A stretch of DNA of 64,000 nucleotides from Thecamonas trahens ATCC 50062 (taxonomy: Eukaryota; Protista; Apusomonadida): positions 77,053 to 141,052 of the forward strand of contig NW_013657672.1 of NCBI RefSeq assembly GCF_000142905.1. Direction: 5' to 3'. The translations under genes were made by a program, and so were the position numbers. Below are positions 51,379 through 64,000 of the stretch, in pieces. Every line of letters starts with the position of its first letter. The first letter of the stretch is position 1. The notes under the pieces are model-generated. The model was not told the origin of the DNA and did no database searches. It saw only the letters and a program-made list of their open reading frames with translations.

Positions 51379-52650
51379 CTACGCCGTGAGTGGGCGAACG
51401 ACAACCTTGATGTGCGAGAGGCTTGCGGGGTGCGGCCGCGGGCGGGCAGCGTTCGAGTCGCCGGCGGACGGACCGACGGCCGACAGATTCCCCGTCGCCG
51501 GCGAAGCAGTGCCGGCGCGGGCGGTGCGGACGGCCGGCGGCGGAGCCGACGAGTCTGCAAACTGGTACAGGACAGCCCAGACCGGGACCAGGAGTGAGAC
51601 GATGTGAATGGGGACGTAGATAAGAAAGAAGGCCTGGTGGGTCGACGCGTGGTGGCAGACCGGGTGAGTAGGCGAGGCGACAACGGTCTCCATGGCGTAG
51701 ATCGACCAAGAGAGAGTCACGGTACTTGCCGAGAGATAGATGACAATGAGCGAGAAGAGCTTGATCTTCTTCTTGCGGATCAGCGCCGCTGCGGCAGCAA
51801 TGTGCGGCGGCAGATCGGTGCGGGTCAGCGGCCGCGATCGCGGCGAGGCCTCGGACGAGACTGTCGAGTACGGGCTGCGGCTGATGCGTCGACCGGGAAG
51901 CAGCGGAGCCGCCGGCCCACCCTCTCCAACGGAAGAAGCCACAAAATCGCCGGCCTCGGCGTTGTTGATCGACTGCCGCGAGGTCGGCACAGCCAGCGCG
52001 CTGTCCCCACCCTGCTGCGCCCGGCGATGCCACGCGGCAACGGCCTTGCGGACAGCGGCAGCCTCCATGCGGTTGAGAGCACGGAAGACCGGAAGCGAGA
52101 AGAGGAAAAAGGTGAAGCAGAGCGCAAAGGCAACAACCGAGTTGATAAGCCACGGGTAGGTCTCGCAGGCAGCGGCGTGGTGAAAGACCGAAGTCTGCGA
52201 GAGGGCCAAGACGATCGTGATGGCGGTCCAGATGGCAGCGGCAACGGGATTGAGCAGGCGCAAGAGCGAGCGACGGGCCTTGTACACGGTAGCAAAGAAC
52301 TTGAGATAAAAGTATGTGACAAAGAAGGGGATGAGAATCATGGCGTAGGCCAGAACGTTGTCCAGCCTTCGGTTGACGACCCGTGAGAAGGAGTACGAGT
52401 ATCTGATGGCGGCGAGAGAGCAGACGACTTCAGCCAAGCCAAGCAGAATGAGTTGATGCAACTGAGAGCGACCTTGTCGTTGCCAGAGCGTTCTTCTTGC
52501 TGCCTTGAAGGCGAGAACAACCAAAGTGATCAGCCCTGTCGCAGCCGAGAGCGCCGCCATGGTGGCTACCCTTGCACACTCCCATACCAGTTCCTTGTCC
52601 GGACCATGATGAAAGCACGACGCCTGGTCGCCAAACACCGCAAACGGCAT
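51379..52650 (-). CDS. Orphan seven-transmembrane (GPCR-like) membrane protein
   Basis: Seven hydrophobic stretches, a long cytoplasmic-like loop between helices 5 and 6, and Cys residues in predicted outer loops (ACETYPW, PVCHH). Confidence 0.7.
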   Translation of the reverse strand: MPFAVFGDQASCFHHGPDKELVWECARVATMAALSAATGLITLVVLAFKAARRTLWQRQGRSQLHQLILLGLAEVVCSLAAIRYSYSFSRVVNRRLDNVLAYAMILIPFFVTYFYLKFFATVYKARRSLLRLLNPVAAAIWTAITIVLALSQTSVFHHAAACETYPWLINSVVAFALCFTFFLFSLPVFRALNRMEAAAVRKAVAAWHRRAQQGGDSALAVPTSRQSINNAEAGDFVASSVGEGGPAAPLLPGRRISRSPYSTVSSEASPRSRPLTRTDLPPHIAAAAALIRKKKIKLFSLIVIYLSASTVTLSWSIYAMETVVASPTHPVCHHASTHQAFFLIYVPIHIVSLLVPVWAVLYQFADSSAPPPAVRTARAGTASPATGNLSAVGPSAGDSNAARPRPHPASLSHIKVVVRPLTA

Positions 52651-53485
52651 GTGCCTACAACTCCCGCCACCACAGCCCCTGTACTTTCCCTCCCCCCTCC
52701 AGTCTCACACGGCGAGGAGTGATACCTTGTCCGTCCGCCTCGGTACCTGTCCGTCTCGTGACGCGCGACGGACGCCCACTCATTGGCTGCATCCAGCCAC
52801 GCTCTGCTTTTTCACGGCGGCGTCACGGCAAAAAGATACGGCATCGGTGATGTCGATGACAGGGAAGACGTCGGCGGCAGCCATGAGTATAACCTTGCTC
52901 TCTCAGCTGAGCGTTGCTTAGTCCTTGTTGTGGCAAGAGATTTCTGCTCTGTGTGGGGGCTTTACCAAGCTTGCAGGGGGGATGGCACAGGTGGAAAGTC
53001 CCAGTACCTCATGCAGTGCCAATTTGATGTCGCCGAACTCCGCATCCGAATCAGCACCGAACAATGTCGGCGAAACCAGCGCGTCAGCCCGACGACTCCT
53101 ACTTGTTCCGCAATCGAGGGCATCATCCAAAGCACCATCACGGGCACGGCGAACAAGATCAGCAACCGCTCCATGACATCGATCAGAGTCAATCAAGTTT
53201 TCATCATTCTTCCATCCACCACCCAAGACACCAGCGATCTCTACCGTCAGTCCGGACAGCGACTTTGACGCAATCAACCCAGACGGTTTGCCTGTGTGTG
53301 TGTGTGTGTGGTTGGGGGCTCGAACAAGGGCACGCACGATCAACGACGCGGAGAGGCAGATGAGAACATGCTGGAGTAGGAGATACTCAACTCCACCCCC
53401 CCCCCCTCCCCCCCCCCCCCACCCACACACACATAGAGTTACACCCCTCCCAATCTCTGCCACTCTCCCCCTCCCCTCGTGTACC

Positions 53486-56400
53486 ATGTCTCGCTCCCTC
53501 GTCGCTTCCCTGCCCGCTGCGGCTGCGTCGGCGGTGGTGGTCATGGTGGTCATGGCGTCTGTGGCCATGACAACCGCAGCACCAGTCCCGTCTCTGACGC
53601 CAGCTACGGCTACGGCGAGCATCGATCTTGGCGCCACCTTTCCCTTTGTCACCACTTTCTCTAATGCAGGCTCGCTTCCTCCGGGGTATGGACCTCGCAT
53701 CCTCTATCAATACCCGCCGGAACTCACGCCGCCATCAAGCTACGATTATGGAGGCAACGCTCTCGATGTTCTCCTCTCCACTACCTTGACTGCTCCATCG
53801 CCATGCATACCCCATCCAGTTGATCCGCCTCCAGCTACGCTCTGTGGCCTGCCTGGGGAAGTGGTGCATCTCGTTGCTCTGCCCTTTGCCTCGTTTGTCC
53901 CGTCACAACCGCCGGTCGACGTCACCGCTCTCGGTGCAGCCGTCCTTGCTGCCAACGGAGGCGCTCCAGGCTCGCCTGTCGTCATCACTACGACCCCGTA
54001 CTTTGCCGACGGCACTGACCCAACAACTTCGACTGATCCTCCCATCGCTGGAGCCGCTACCACGCTCACAGTCACTCCGCGCGACGTCGAGGTCACCGCA
54101 CGGCTCTCTGCTGCCTCTTGGACTCTCGGTCCATCTGCGCCGCAGACCTACACCGTCGCTGTAGACGTGCCCGATGGTGTTGTCACAGGCTCACTCAACA
54201 TCACAATACCGCTCCCGGCAGGTCTAGTTCTCACTGGCCCGCCCACTGCCTCGGCGGGCGTGGTCACGTCGGCGCCGACCGTCTCAGGCGTACCTCTCGA
54301 CGGCACTCACGTCGCCATCATTGTCGAGGCTGGCAATATCGTCGGCACCCCTGGCGGTCCAGAATTCACGCTCATCGTTCCATTTGCCGTCGACTGCATT
54401 GACGGCTCCGGTCTGCCTTGGCTTGACCCTGAGAGCTCGGTCGATGCAGCGTCGATTGTCTTCCCAGACCCGCGTGCAGATCTCGCGTCGTCGAGCTCAA
54501 TTGTGGCTGCCGGTCCGTCGGCTACGCTCGAGTCGCTCATCCTCCGTGCGCCAACACCAGCCATCAGCACTGACGTTGGTGCTACAGGCGTCACACCCGG
54601 CGATATTCTCGCCTCGGTCTTCACCTTTGACGTCTCGGACTGCGTTGCTCTCGAGCTTGACATCGACGCCACCATTGCCGACGGCGTCAGCTATGTCCCT
54701 TCGCCGCCGCCGACGCTCTCTCTTGACGGCGGCGCCACAACATCGCCGCTTGCATCCGGGCCCAATGGCCTCTCAGTCGACATCTCTCGCATTGGCAACG
54801 ACGCCAATCCAGCAACCGATGGCACGACTAGCTTCGCGTACAACCTCACCGACGCTCTCGCTGTGCTAGGCGCGTCGTCTGCCGGTTTCATCCCGGGGCC
54901 GGTCACTGGCGGTTCCCTTGTCACCTCGGTTCAGGTGGCCACCACGTACACAGATTCTCCCGTCTCCGGCGGCCGCCTTGCCCCGGGTGACACGCTCACT
55001 CTCGCCTCGACAGCTGTTTTCCGCATTGTCAACGCTTCCACTGGTGCCCCGCGCTCGCCGTGGCTTCCGGGTGGCAATCCAGGGTGGACGACTTCGGTGC
55101 GAACAACAGCCATCTCCGAAACCGCGCTGTACGCGGCCAACGATGTTGTTTGTTACCCGTGCACCTCGCTCTCGACGCTCGCCCCAGGCTCAAACATCAC
55201 GTTTTCGATGCGCTACACAGTGCCGATGGGGGTCTCGCCGTCGCTCGACTTGGTGGCTTACCTGCCGACTCCAGTGTTTGACACGTCGGTGCTGGCAAGC
55301 TCGCCGTACCTCGCATCAGCCGTGCCGTCGGCCCTCCCGCCCCCGCTTGGAGGCTTCCAGCTCGGCCCGTTTGACTCGATGTACAACGGCGGCATAGGCG
55401 CCGACGCCGTGCCCAACGTCACCGTGGATGCGTCCAACGTCGTCACTTTTTCATTCCCTTACATGGAGCTCAACACAACCGGCGAGTACGAGATCAACGT
55501 CCTGGTTACCGTTGCCGTTGGCACGACCCCACTGCCGGATCTTTCTCCATTCCTCATTGTGACCCAGTCGTCGTCAGGAGCCTCATTCTCGTCGACAGAC
55601 CTCTCCGTGCGGTTTGGTGAGCCAGAGCTTGTCCTCCACAAGGGCATCCTTGGTGTTGATGATGGCACGCCGATCAAGGCAGCTCACTTTGCTGGCGCCG
55701 TGCCGGCAACGCCGGGTTTGCCCAGCCCTGACCCGGCCACAGTGCGCGCGGCTGCAGCCAATCCGAGCAATGCATGCTCTCTGCTCTCTGCGGGCATGGC
55801 CGTCACTTCAGGTGACGTTGCGGCGAGCCCGCTCGACACCGCTGGCCTTGTGGATCTCGACGCCGGTGATCTTGTTGTCTTTGCCATTGTTGTCGAGAAC
55901 GTCGGCCACGCACACGCCTACGACGTCCGGTTGAGTGACGGGCTCCCGGCCGATTTTGAGCTGGTCGCCGAGTGCGTGCTTGCATCCGACGGCTCCGCCT
56001 TCCCACACACCGGCTCACTGTTTGGGCCGAGTGGCATCGAGCTGGCCGACTCGATCACCGCCGGGGCGCTCCGCCAGGGTCGGGACCTCAACTCGACGCT
56101 TGCGACCGACGGGTCCAACATCGCGGTTGCGCTCGTGGTAGCACGCGCCAGCAACACCACATGTCCAGGAGATGCTCCCCAACCCGGTGCGGCGGCTGCG
56201 GTCACGCGCTACTCAAACAGCGAGGGTGGCGGCAATTTTATCGGCAATGTTGTGTCCTCGCTCTCTGCATCAAGTGGTCCACTCGCGCTCCGCACCCCAA
56301 CCGCAGTCATCGCGCTTGTGTCGACCTCGCTGCCCGAAACAAGTGGGCTAGAGGTTACCGCTGGCGAGATGGTGATCGTTGAGCTCGTACTTAGCCCGTT

Positions 56401-59400
56401 TGAGGGCACGCTTCCGGCCATGGTCAGCTACTTTACCGGGGGTGGGTCGGCCAACTCGGTTGTCGAGTCGGCTTCACTGCTGGCAGGCCCGGGTCTCGAT
56501 CACATGGGCCTCACTCCCGCCACAGCAGCTGGTGCTCTCGCGGGCAACCAGTTTGGGCCAGTCGAGCTGTTCAACCGTGGTGACAACGTGCTCAATGGAT
56601 CGGATGTTGTGGCATTGTCAGCGCAGCTCCGTGTGGTGTCGAGCTTGACCACGGCCACGTTTGCCATCACTGGCGTTTTTGACTACAAGCCTAGCTTGGC
56701 AGGGCCAGCAACCGATGGTATTGTGTTCACCGTAGTCGCGCCATCATTGACGGTTGCACTCGATGTGCCGAGCGGATTCGTCGATGCCAACGACGTGATT
56801 CCGGTTGTGGTCACCATCGACGATGCGGTAGCATCGAGTGGACCAGCCTACGAAACTTTGGTGACTGTTACCGTTGATGCCAAGCTCGCGCTCAACTCGC
56901 TGCTTGGCGGATGGCCGGCGGCCAACGTTACTCTGGTCTCGCCGCAGATCGCTCTGGTTGCACTCGGAACGCGTTTGCCGTCGGACCCGCCAGTTGTGTT
57001 GACGCTCAATGCTACCGTGGCAAACAACGTGAACGCCACGGAGGCGCTCGCGCTCTCCGTCCAACTTGACTATCTTTCCGCGCCAAACGCGTCTGTGGCT
57101 ACACCTTATTTGGCGACGGCGACTGGAATGCTGACCGTCGGACAGCCAGAGGCTGTGTCAATCGTCTACGACGGCTCTTCTGAGGCGACGACCGTTCCGC
57201 CTGCGACTGCCATCGGTGAGACTGTGGCGTTTTCTGGTCTGATTCGTGTGCACGAGGGTGTGACATCGTCGATGAGTCTTGTGGTCTCTAGCACGTGCAT
57301 CACTACCATCGACACAGCTGCTGTTTGGTTCGACGAGACTGTATTGTCTGCTAGCGATGCTGTGTCAGGCACGCTTGCCTCTGCCGGATCCATTTTCCTT
57401 GGCGACGTGACCAACACCGCGGACAATGCCGTAGACACACGTGACGAGCTCGTAATCAACGGGACGCTACATCTGGTGGACGCTGGAGGCAACACCAACA
57501 ATGACGCTTGCGACGTCGTTGCAACTGCGTCTTGGGTGCCTGACTCGGGTGTGCCATCCAGCTCTGTGGCTTTATTCGCCGTCGATGTGGTGGAGCCCAT
57601 ACTGGCGGCATCGCTGACGATGTCCCCGAGTACAGGTGATGCCGGTAACTGGGTGACTGTCAGTGCCTCGGTTGCTCACGTTGGCGGCTCGCGGTCGTCG
57701 GCGCACAATCTCACCTTGGTGGTTGCATTGCCGCATCAGCTTGAGCTGGTGCCCAGAAGCGCGGTGGTGTCGGCCCCAGGCGCTCCAGATGTTCAAGTTG
57801 TCTTTTTCAATGCCACGCATGTTGTGGCCGAGGTGGGGCGGCTAGATGGGCCGCCAGCGGCAGCAGCCAGTCTTCTCTTCATGTCGGTGATCACCAATTC
57901 GTCGCTGCCTGCATCTGTTGGGACGGCCACCGTTGCAGCCACTTATCATTCCGTGTCGCATGCTTCCACAAGGCGTCGCTACGAGGCGGTAGACTCTGCC
58001 GTGCTGTCTGTCGTTTCGCCGACTGATGCGCGGATGGCCACATTGTCGACATCTCTCACCGAAACAGGACTTTCGCAGCACGACATGACCAACTGGGATC
58101 TTGCTGTTGGCGAGACAGCCGACGTCAACACGACCGTGGTGCTGTCTGAGGGCACGATGCCACTCACGGTCTCGGTCGACTTTGGTCTTGCCGCTGGTCG
58201 CGTCGAGATCGTCCACACCGAGGTTATTGCGCTCGGGGCTTCGATCTCAGGCTCGGCGCTCAGTCTGGGTGCAGCAGCCTCGGCAACCACAACCGACACG
58301 GCGACATACGCGTTTGGCACCATCACCAATACCGGCGACAACGTCCTTGACGCTGGCGATAGCGTTGTGGTTCTGACCCGCGTCCGTGCTCTTGACGTCC
58401 CGGTCAACGTCGATGGCACTGCCATCAGCGCAGCCTCGACTGCTGACTTTGGCTCAGGCACGCTTGTTGCAAGCGAGTCGTTCGATGTGGTGGCCCCACT
58501 CCTCACGTTCGACCTCGCTCAGTCGATCACGACTGGTGACGCTGGCGACAATGTGACCTTCACCGTCACGGTCGACCATGCTGGTGCGTCGACGGCGGCG
58601 GCGTATGCGCTCAACGCTACGTCACTGTTCAACATCGAGTACGCCCTGTTCTCGGGCTCGGTCACCACCACCTCTGGTACTGTTGTATCTGGCAACAATG
58701 CCGGTGATGCGTCGGTCCATGTCCTCATCCCGACGTTCGATCTGGGGACTGGCCCTATCACCATCACGTACGTCGCGGCGCTGACAGACTTTGTCTCGCC
58801 GCATCAGACGACGTGGCACGCATCTGCGCTCGAGTATGGCACCTCGCCGGAGGCTGCTGTTGCACGCACCCTTGCAACAGCCGACAATGAGACGATTGTT
58901 GTTGATGACCCCTACGAGGCACGCATGGCTACGCTTGCGACCTCTCTTCCGGGATCTGGCCTTGCAGAGCACGTCGCCACGGCGTGGGACCTGTCCATCG
59001 GCGAGACAGCCGACGTCAATACGACCGTGGTGCTGTCTGAGGGCACGATGCCACTCACGGTCTCGGTCGACTTTGGTCTTGCCGCTGGTCGCGTCGAGAT
59101 CGTCCACACCGAGGTTGCTGCGCTCGGGGCTTCGATCTCAGGCTCGGCGCTCAGTCTGGGTGCAGCAGCCTCGGCAACCACAACCGACACGGCGACATAC
59201 GCGTTTGGCACCATCACCAATACCGGCGACAACGTCCTTGACGCTGGCGATAGCGTTGTGGTTCTGACCCGCGTCCGTGCTCTTGACGTCCCGGTCAACG
59301 TCGACGGCACTGCCATCAGCGCAGCTTCGACTGTTGACTTTGGCTCGTCGTCCCTCACTGCAAGCGAGTCGTTCGATGTGGTGGCCCCACTCCTCACGTT

Positions 59401-62400
59401 CGACCTCGCTCAGTCGATCACGACTGGTGACGCTGGCGACAATGTGACCTTCACCGTCACGGTCGACCACGCTGGTGCGTCGACGGCGGCGGCGTATGCG
59501 CTCAACGCTACGTCACTGTTCAACATCGAGTACGCCCTGTTCTCGGGCTCGGTCACCACCACCTCTGGTACTGTTGTATCTGGCAACAATGCCGGTGATG
59601 CGTCGGTCCATGTCCTCATCCCGACGTTCGATCTGGGGACTGGCCCTATCACCATCACGTACGTCGCGGCGCTGACAGACTTTGTCTCGCCGCATCAGAC
59701 GACGTGGCACGCATCTGCGCTCGAGTATGGCACCTCGCCGGAGGCTGCTGTTGCACGCACCCTTGCAACAGCCGACAATGAGACGATTGTTGTTGATGAC
59801 CCCTACGAGGCACGCATGGCTACGCTTGCGACCTCTCTTCCGGGATCTGGCCTTGCAGAGCACGTCGCCACGGCGTGGGACCTGTCCATCGGCGAGACAG
59901 CCGACGTCAATACGACCGTGGTGCTGTCTGAGGGCACGATGCCACTCACGGTCTCGGTCGACTTTGGTCTTGCCGCTGGTCGCGTCGAGATCGTCCACAC
60001 CGAGGTTGCTGCGCTCGGGGCTTCGATCTCAGGCTCGGCGCTCAGTCTGGGTGCAGCAGCCTCGGCAACCACAACCGACACGGCGACATACGCGTTTGGC
60101 ACCATCACCAATACCGGCGACAACGTCCTTGACGCTGGCGATAGCGTTGTGGTTCTGACCCGCGTCCGTGCTCTTGACGTCCCGGTCAACGTCGACGGCA
60201 CTGCCATCAGCGCAGCTTCGACTGTTGACTTTGGCTCGTCGTCCCTCACTGCAAGCGAGTCGTTCGATGTGGTGGCCCCACTCCTCACGTTCGACCTCGC
60301 TCAGTCGATCACGACTGGTGACGCTGGCGACAATGTGACCTTCACCGTCACGGTCGACCACGCTGGTGCGTCGACGGCGGCGGCGTATGCGCTCAACGCT
60401 ACGTCACTGTTCAACATCGAGTACGCCCTGTTCTCGGGCTCGGTCACCACCACCTCTGGTACTGTTGTATCTGGCAACAATGCCGGTGATGCGTCGGTCC
60501 ATGTCCTCATCCCGACGTTCGATCTGGGGACTGGCCCTATCACCATCACGTACGTCGCGGCGCTGACAGACTTTGTCTCGCCGCATCAGACGACGTGGCA
60601 CGCATCTGCGCTCGAGTATGGCACCTCGCCGGAGGCTGCTGTTGCACGCACCCTTGCAACAGCCGACAATGAGACGATTGTCGTTGATGACCCCTACGAG
60701 GCGCGTATGGCTACGTTGTCGACATCTCTCACCGAAACAGGACTTTCGCAGCACGGCATGACCAACTGGGATCTTGCTGTTGGCGAGACAGCCGACGTCA
60801 ACACGACCGTGGTGCTGTCTGAGGGCACGATGCCACTCACGGTCTCGGTCGACTTTGGTCTCGCTGCTGGTCGCGTCGAGATCGTCCACACCGAGGTTGC
60901 TGCGCTCGGGGCTTCGATCTCAGGCTCGGCGCTCAGTCTGGGTGCAGCAGCCTCGGCAACCACAACCGACACGGCGACATACGCGTTTGGCACCATCACC
61001 AATACCGGCGACAACGTCCTTGACGCTGGCGATAGCGTTGTGGTTCTGACCCGCGTCCGTGCTCTTGACGTCCCGGTCAACGTCGACGGCACTGCCATCA
61101 GCGCAGCTTCGACTGTTGACTTTGGCTCGTCGTCCCTCACTGCAAGCGAGTCGTTCGATGTGGTGGCCCCACTCCTCACGTTCGACCTCGCTCAGTCGAT
61201 CACGACTGGTGACGCTGGCGACAATGTGACCTTCACCGTCACGGTCGACCATGCTGGTGCGTCGACGGCGGCGGCGTATGCGCTCAACGCTACGTCACTG
61301 TTCAACATCGAGTACGCCCTGTTCTCGGGCTCGGTCACCACCACCTCTGGTACTGTTGTATCTGGCAACAATGCCGGTGATGCGTCGGTCCATGTCCTCA
61401 TCCCGACGTTCGATCTGGGGACTGGCCCTATCACCATCACGTACGTCGCGGCGCTGACAGACTTTGTCTCGCCGCATCAGACGACGTGGCACGCATCTGC
61501 GCTCGAGTATGGCACCTCGCCGGAGGCTGCTGTTGCACGCACCCTTGCAACAGCCGACAATGAGACGATTGTCGTTGATGACCCCTACGAGGCGCGTATG
61601 GCTACGTTGTCGACATCTCTCACCGAGACAGGACTTTCGCAGCACGACATGACCAACTGGGATCTTGCTGTTGGCGAGACAGCCGACGTCAACACGACCG
61701 TGGTGCTGTCTGAGGGCACGATGCCACTCACGGTCTCGGTCGACTTTGGTCTTGCCGCTGGTCGCGTCGAGATCGTCCACACCGAGGTTGCTGCGCTCGG
61801 GGCTTCGATCTCAGGCTCGGCGCTCAGTCTGGGTGCAGCAGCCTCGGCACCCACAACCGACACGGCGACATCCGTTTGGCACCATCACAATACCGGCGAA
61901 CACGTCCTTGGACGCCGGCGATNNNNNNNNNNNNNNNNNNNNNNNNNNNNNNNNNNNNNNNNNNNNNNNNNNNNNNNNNNNNNNNNNNNNNNNNNNNNNN
62001 NNNNNNNNNNNNNNNNNNNNNNGTGCTCTTGACGTCCCGGTCAACGTCGATGGCACTGCCATCAGCGCAGCCTCGACTGTTGACTTTGGCTCAGGCACGC
62101 TTGTTGCAAGCGAGTCGTTCGATGTGGTGGCCCCACTCCTCACGTTCGACCTCGCTCAGTCGATCACGACTGGTGACGCTGGCGACAATGTGACCTTCAC
62201 CGTCACGGTCGACCATGCTGGTGCGTCGACGGCGGCGGCGTATGCGCTCAACGCTACGTCACTGTTCAACATCGAGTACGCCCTGTTCTCGGGCTCGGTC
62301 ACCACCACCTCTGGTACTGTTGTATCTGGCAACAATGCCGGTGATGCGTCGGTCCATGTCCTCATCCCGACGTTCGATCTGGGGACTGGCCCTATCACCA

Positions 62401-64000
62401 TCACGTACGTCGCGGCGCTGACAGACTTTGTCTCGCCGCATCAGACGACGTGGCACGCATCTGCGCTCGAGTATGACACCTCGCCGGAGGCTGCTGTTGC
62501 ACGCACCCTTGCAGCAGCCGACAATGAGACGATTGTCGTTGATGACCCCTACGAGGCGCGTATGGCTACGTTGTCGACATCTCTCACCGAGACAGGACTT
62601 TCGCAGCACGGCATGATCAACTGGGATCTTGCTGTTGGCGAGACAGCCGACGTCAACACGACCGTGGTGCTGTCTGAGGGCACGATGCCACTCACGGTCT
62701 CGGTCGACTTTGGTCTCGCTGCTGGTCGCGTCGAGATCGTCCACACCGAGGTTGCTGCGCTCGGGGCTTCGATCTCAGGCTCGGCGCTCAGTCTGGGTGC
62801 AGCAGCCTCGGCAACCACAACCGACACGGCGACATACGCGTTTGGCACCATCACCAATACCGGCGACAACGTCCTTGACGCCGGTGACGTTGTAGTGGTT
62901 CTGACCCGCGTCCGTGCTCTTGACGTCCCGGTCAACGTCGATGGCACTGCCATCAGCGCAGCCTCGACTGTTGACTTTGGCTCAGGCACGCTTGTTGCAA
63001 GCGAGTCGTTCGATGTGGTGGCCCCGCTCCTCACGTTCGACCTCGCTCAGTCGATCACGACTGGTGACGCTGGCGACAATGTGACCTTCACCGTCACGGT
63101 CGACCATGCTGGCGCGTCGACGGCGGCGGCGTATGCGCTCAATGCTACGTCACTGTTCAACATCGAGTACGCCCTGTTCTCGGGCTCGGTCACCACCACC
63201 TCTGGTACTGTTGTATCTGGCAACAATGCCGGTGATGCGTCGGTCCATGTCCTCATCCCGACGTTCGATCTGGGGACTGGCCCTATCACCATCACGTACG
63301 TCGCGGCGCTGACAGACTTTGTCTCGCCGCATCAGACGACGTGGCACGCATCTGCGCTCGAGTATGGCACCTCGCCGGAGGCTGCTGTTGCACGCACCCT
63401 TGCAGCAGCCGACAATGAGACGATTGTTGTTGATGACCCCTACGAGGCGCGTATGGCTACGTTGTCGACATCTCTCACCGAGACAGGACTTTCGCAGCAC
63501 GGCATGACCAACTGGGATCTTGCTGTTGGCGAGACAGCCGACGTCAACACGACCGTGGTGCTGTCTGAGGGCACGATGCCACTCACGGTCTCGGTCGACT
63601 TTGGTCTCGCTGCTGGTCGCGTCGAGATCGTCCACACCGAGGTTGCTGCGCTCGGGGCTTCGATCTCAGGCTCGGCGCTCAGTCTGGGTGCAGCAGCCTC
63701 GGCAACCACAACCGACACGGCGACGTACGCGTTTGGCACCATCACCAATACCGGCGACAACGTCCTTGACGCCGGTGACGTTGTAGTGGTTCTGACCCGC
63801 GTCCGTGCTCTTGACGTCCCGGTCAACGTCGATGGCACTGCCATCAGCGCAGCCTCGACTGTTGACTTTGGCTCATGCACGCTTGTTGCAAGCGAGTCGT
63901 TCGATGTGGTGGCCCCACCTCCTCACGTTCGACTCGCTCAGTCGATCACGACTGGTGACCGCTGGCGACAATGTGACCTTCACCGTCACGGTCGACCATG
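53486..64000 (+). CDS. Giant secreted/surface repeat protein with DUF11 / fimbrial-isopeptide-like Ig-fold modules (runs off the window; gap 61923-62022)
   Basis: Hydrophobic signal-like N-terminus and more than 8.4 kb of intronless ORF. DUF11-like motifs include DAGDLVVFAIVVENVGHAHAYDVRLSDGLP and IGETVAF...EG...VVEP. The same repeat reading resumes after the gap. Confidence 0.8.
58030..64000 (+). repeat. Intragenic tandem array of near-identical 891-bp (297-aa) units, at least 6-7 copies
   Basis: Identical antisense ORFs recur at 58519, 59410, 60301, 61192, (gap) 62156 and 63047, i.e. 891-bp spacing. Confidence 0.97.

Noticed and set aside
52850-53290. Coding-like minus-strand stretch between the 7TM gene and the adhesin
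   Set aside because: No start context or recognisable motif, and stops follow; it cannot be supported as a gene or pseudogene.
61845-61922. Frameshifts in the adhesin near the gap and near the window end (about 63915-63960)
   Set aside because: The indels cluster next to the gap and at the window end, consistent with low-quality consensus rather than pseudogenisation.
58030-64000. 891-bp array as a mobile element or CRISPR-like array
   Set aside because: The units are in-frame coding repeats with no spacers, terminal repeats or transposase/cas genes.

Overview
GC-rich, gene-dense, intron-poor eukaryotic genomic DNA with several assembly gaps (N runs). It is not prokaryotic: it has spliceosomal GT-AG introns, CSN7, Spt5, CLASP, CEP120 and a double-length PFK. 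The content fits a flagellated amorphean protist, possibly an apusomonad (inference). About 19 protein-coding genes are supported. Housekeeping or conserved genes: SLC25 carrier, HSF, Spt5, eS30/RPS30 (three exons, missed by the ORF track), CSN7, PFK, CLASP, TRAPPC12, CEP120, a GMAP-210-type golgin and a USP16/45-like deubiquitinase. Orphans: a 2.3k-aa coiled-coil protein, a 7TM protein and several low-complexity proteins. The most unusual items are (1) a NADAR + PhyH-like dioxygenase + SAM + tyrosine-kinase-like protein whose two N-terminal enzyme domains look catalytically degenerate, (2) a giant intronless surface protein resembling bacterial DUF11/fimbrial-isopeptide adhesins, with mosaic 891-bp repeats, (3) an acylated F-box + ARL13-like GTPase fusion, and (4) an ArfGAP-ANK-SH3 protein lacking the arginine finger. 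No rRNA, tRNA or CRISPR array was recognised. All family assignments come from motif recognition by eye; no searches were run.
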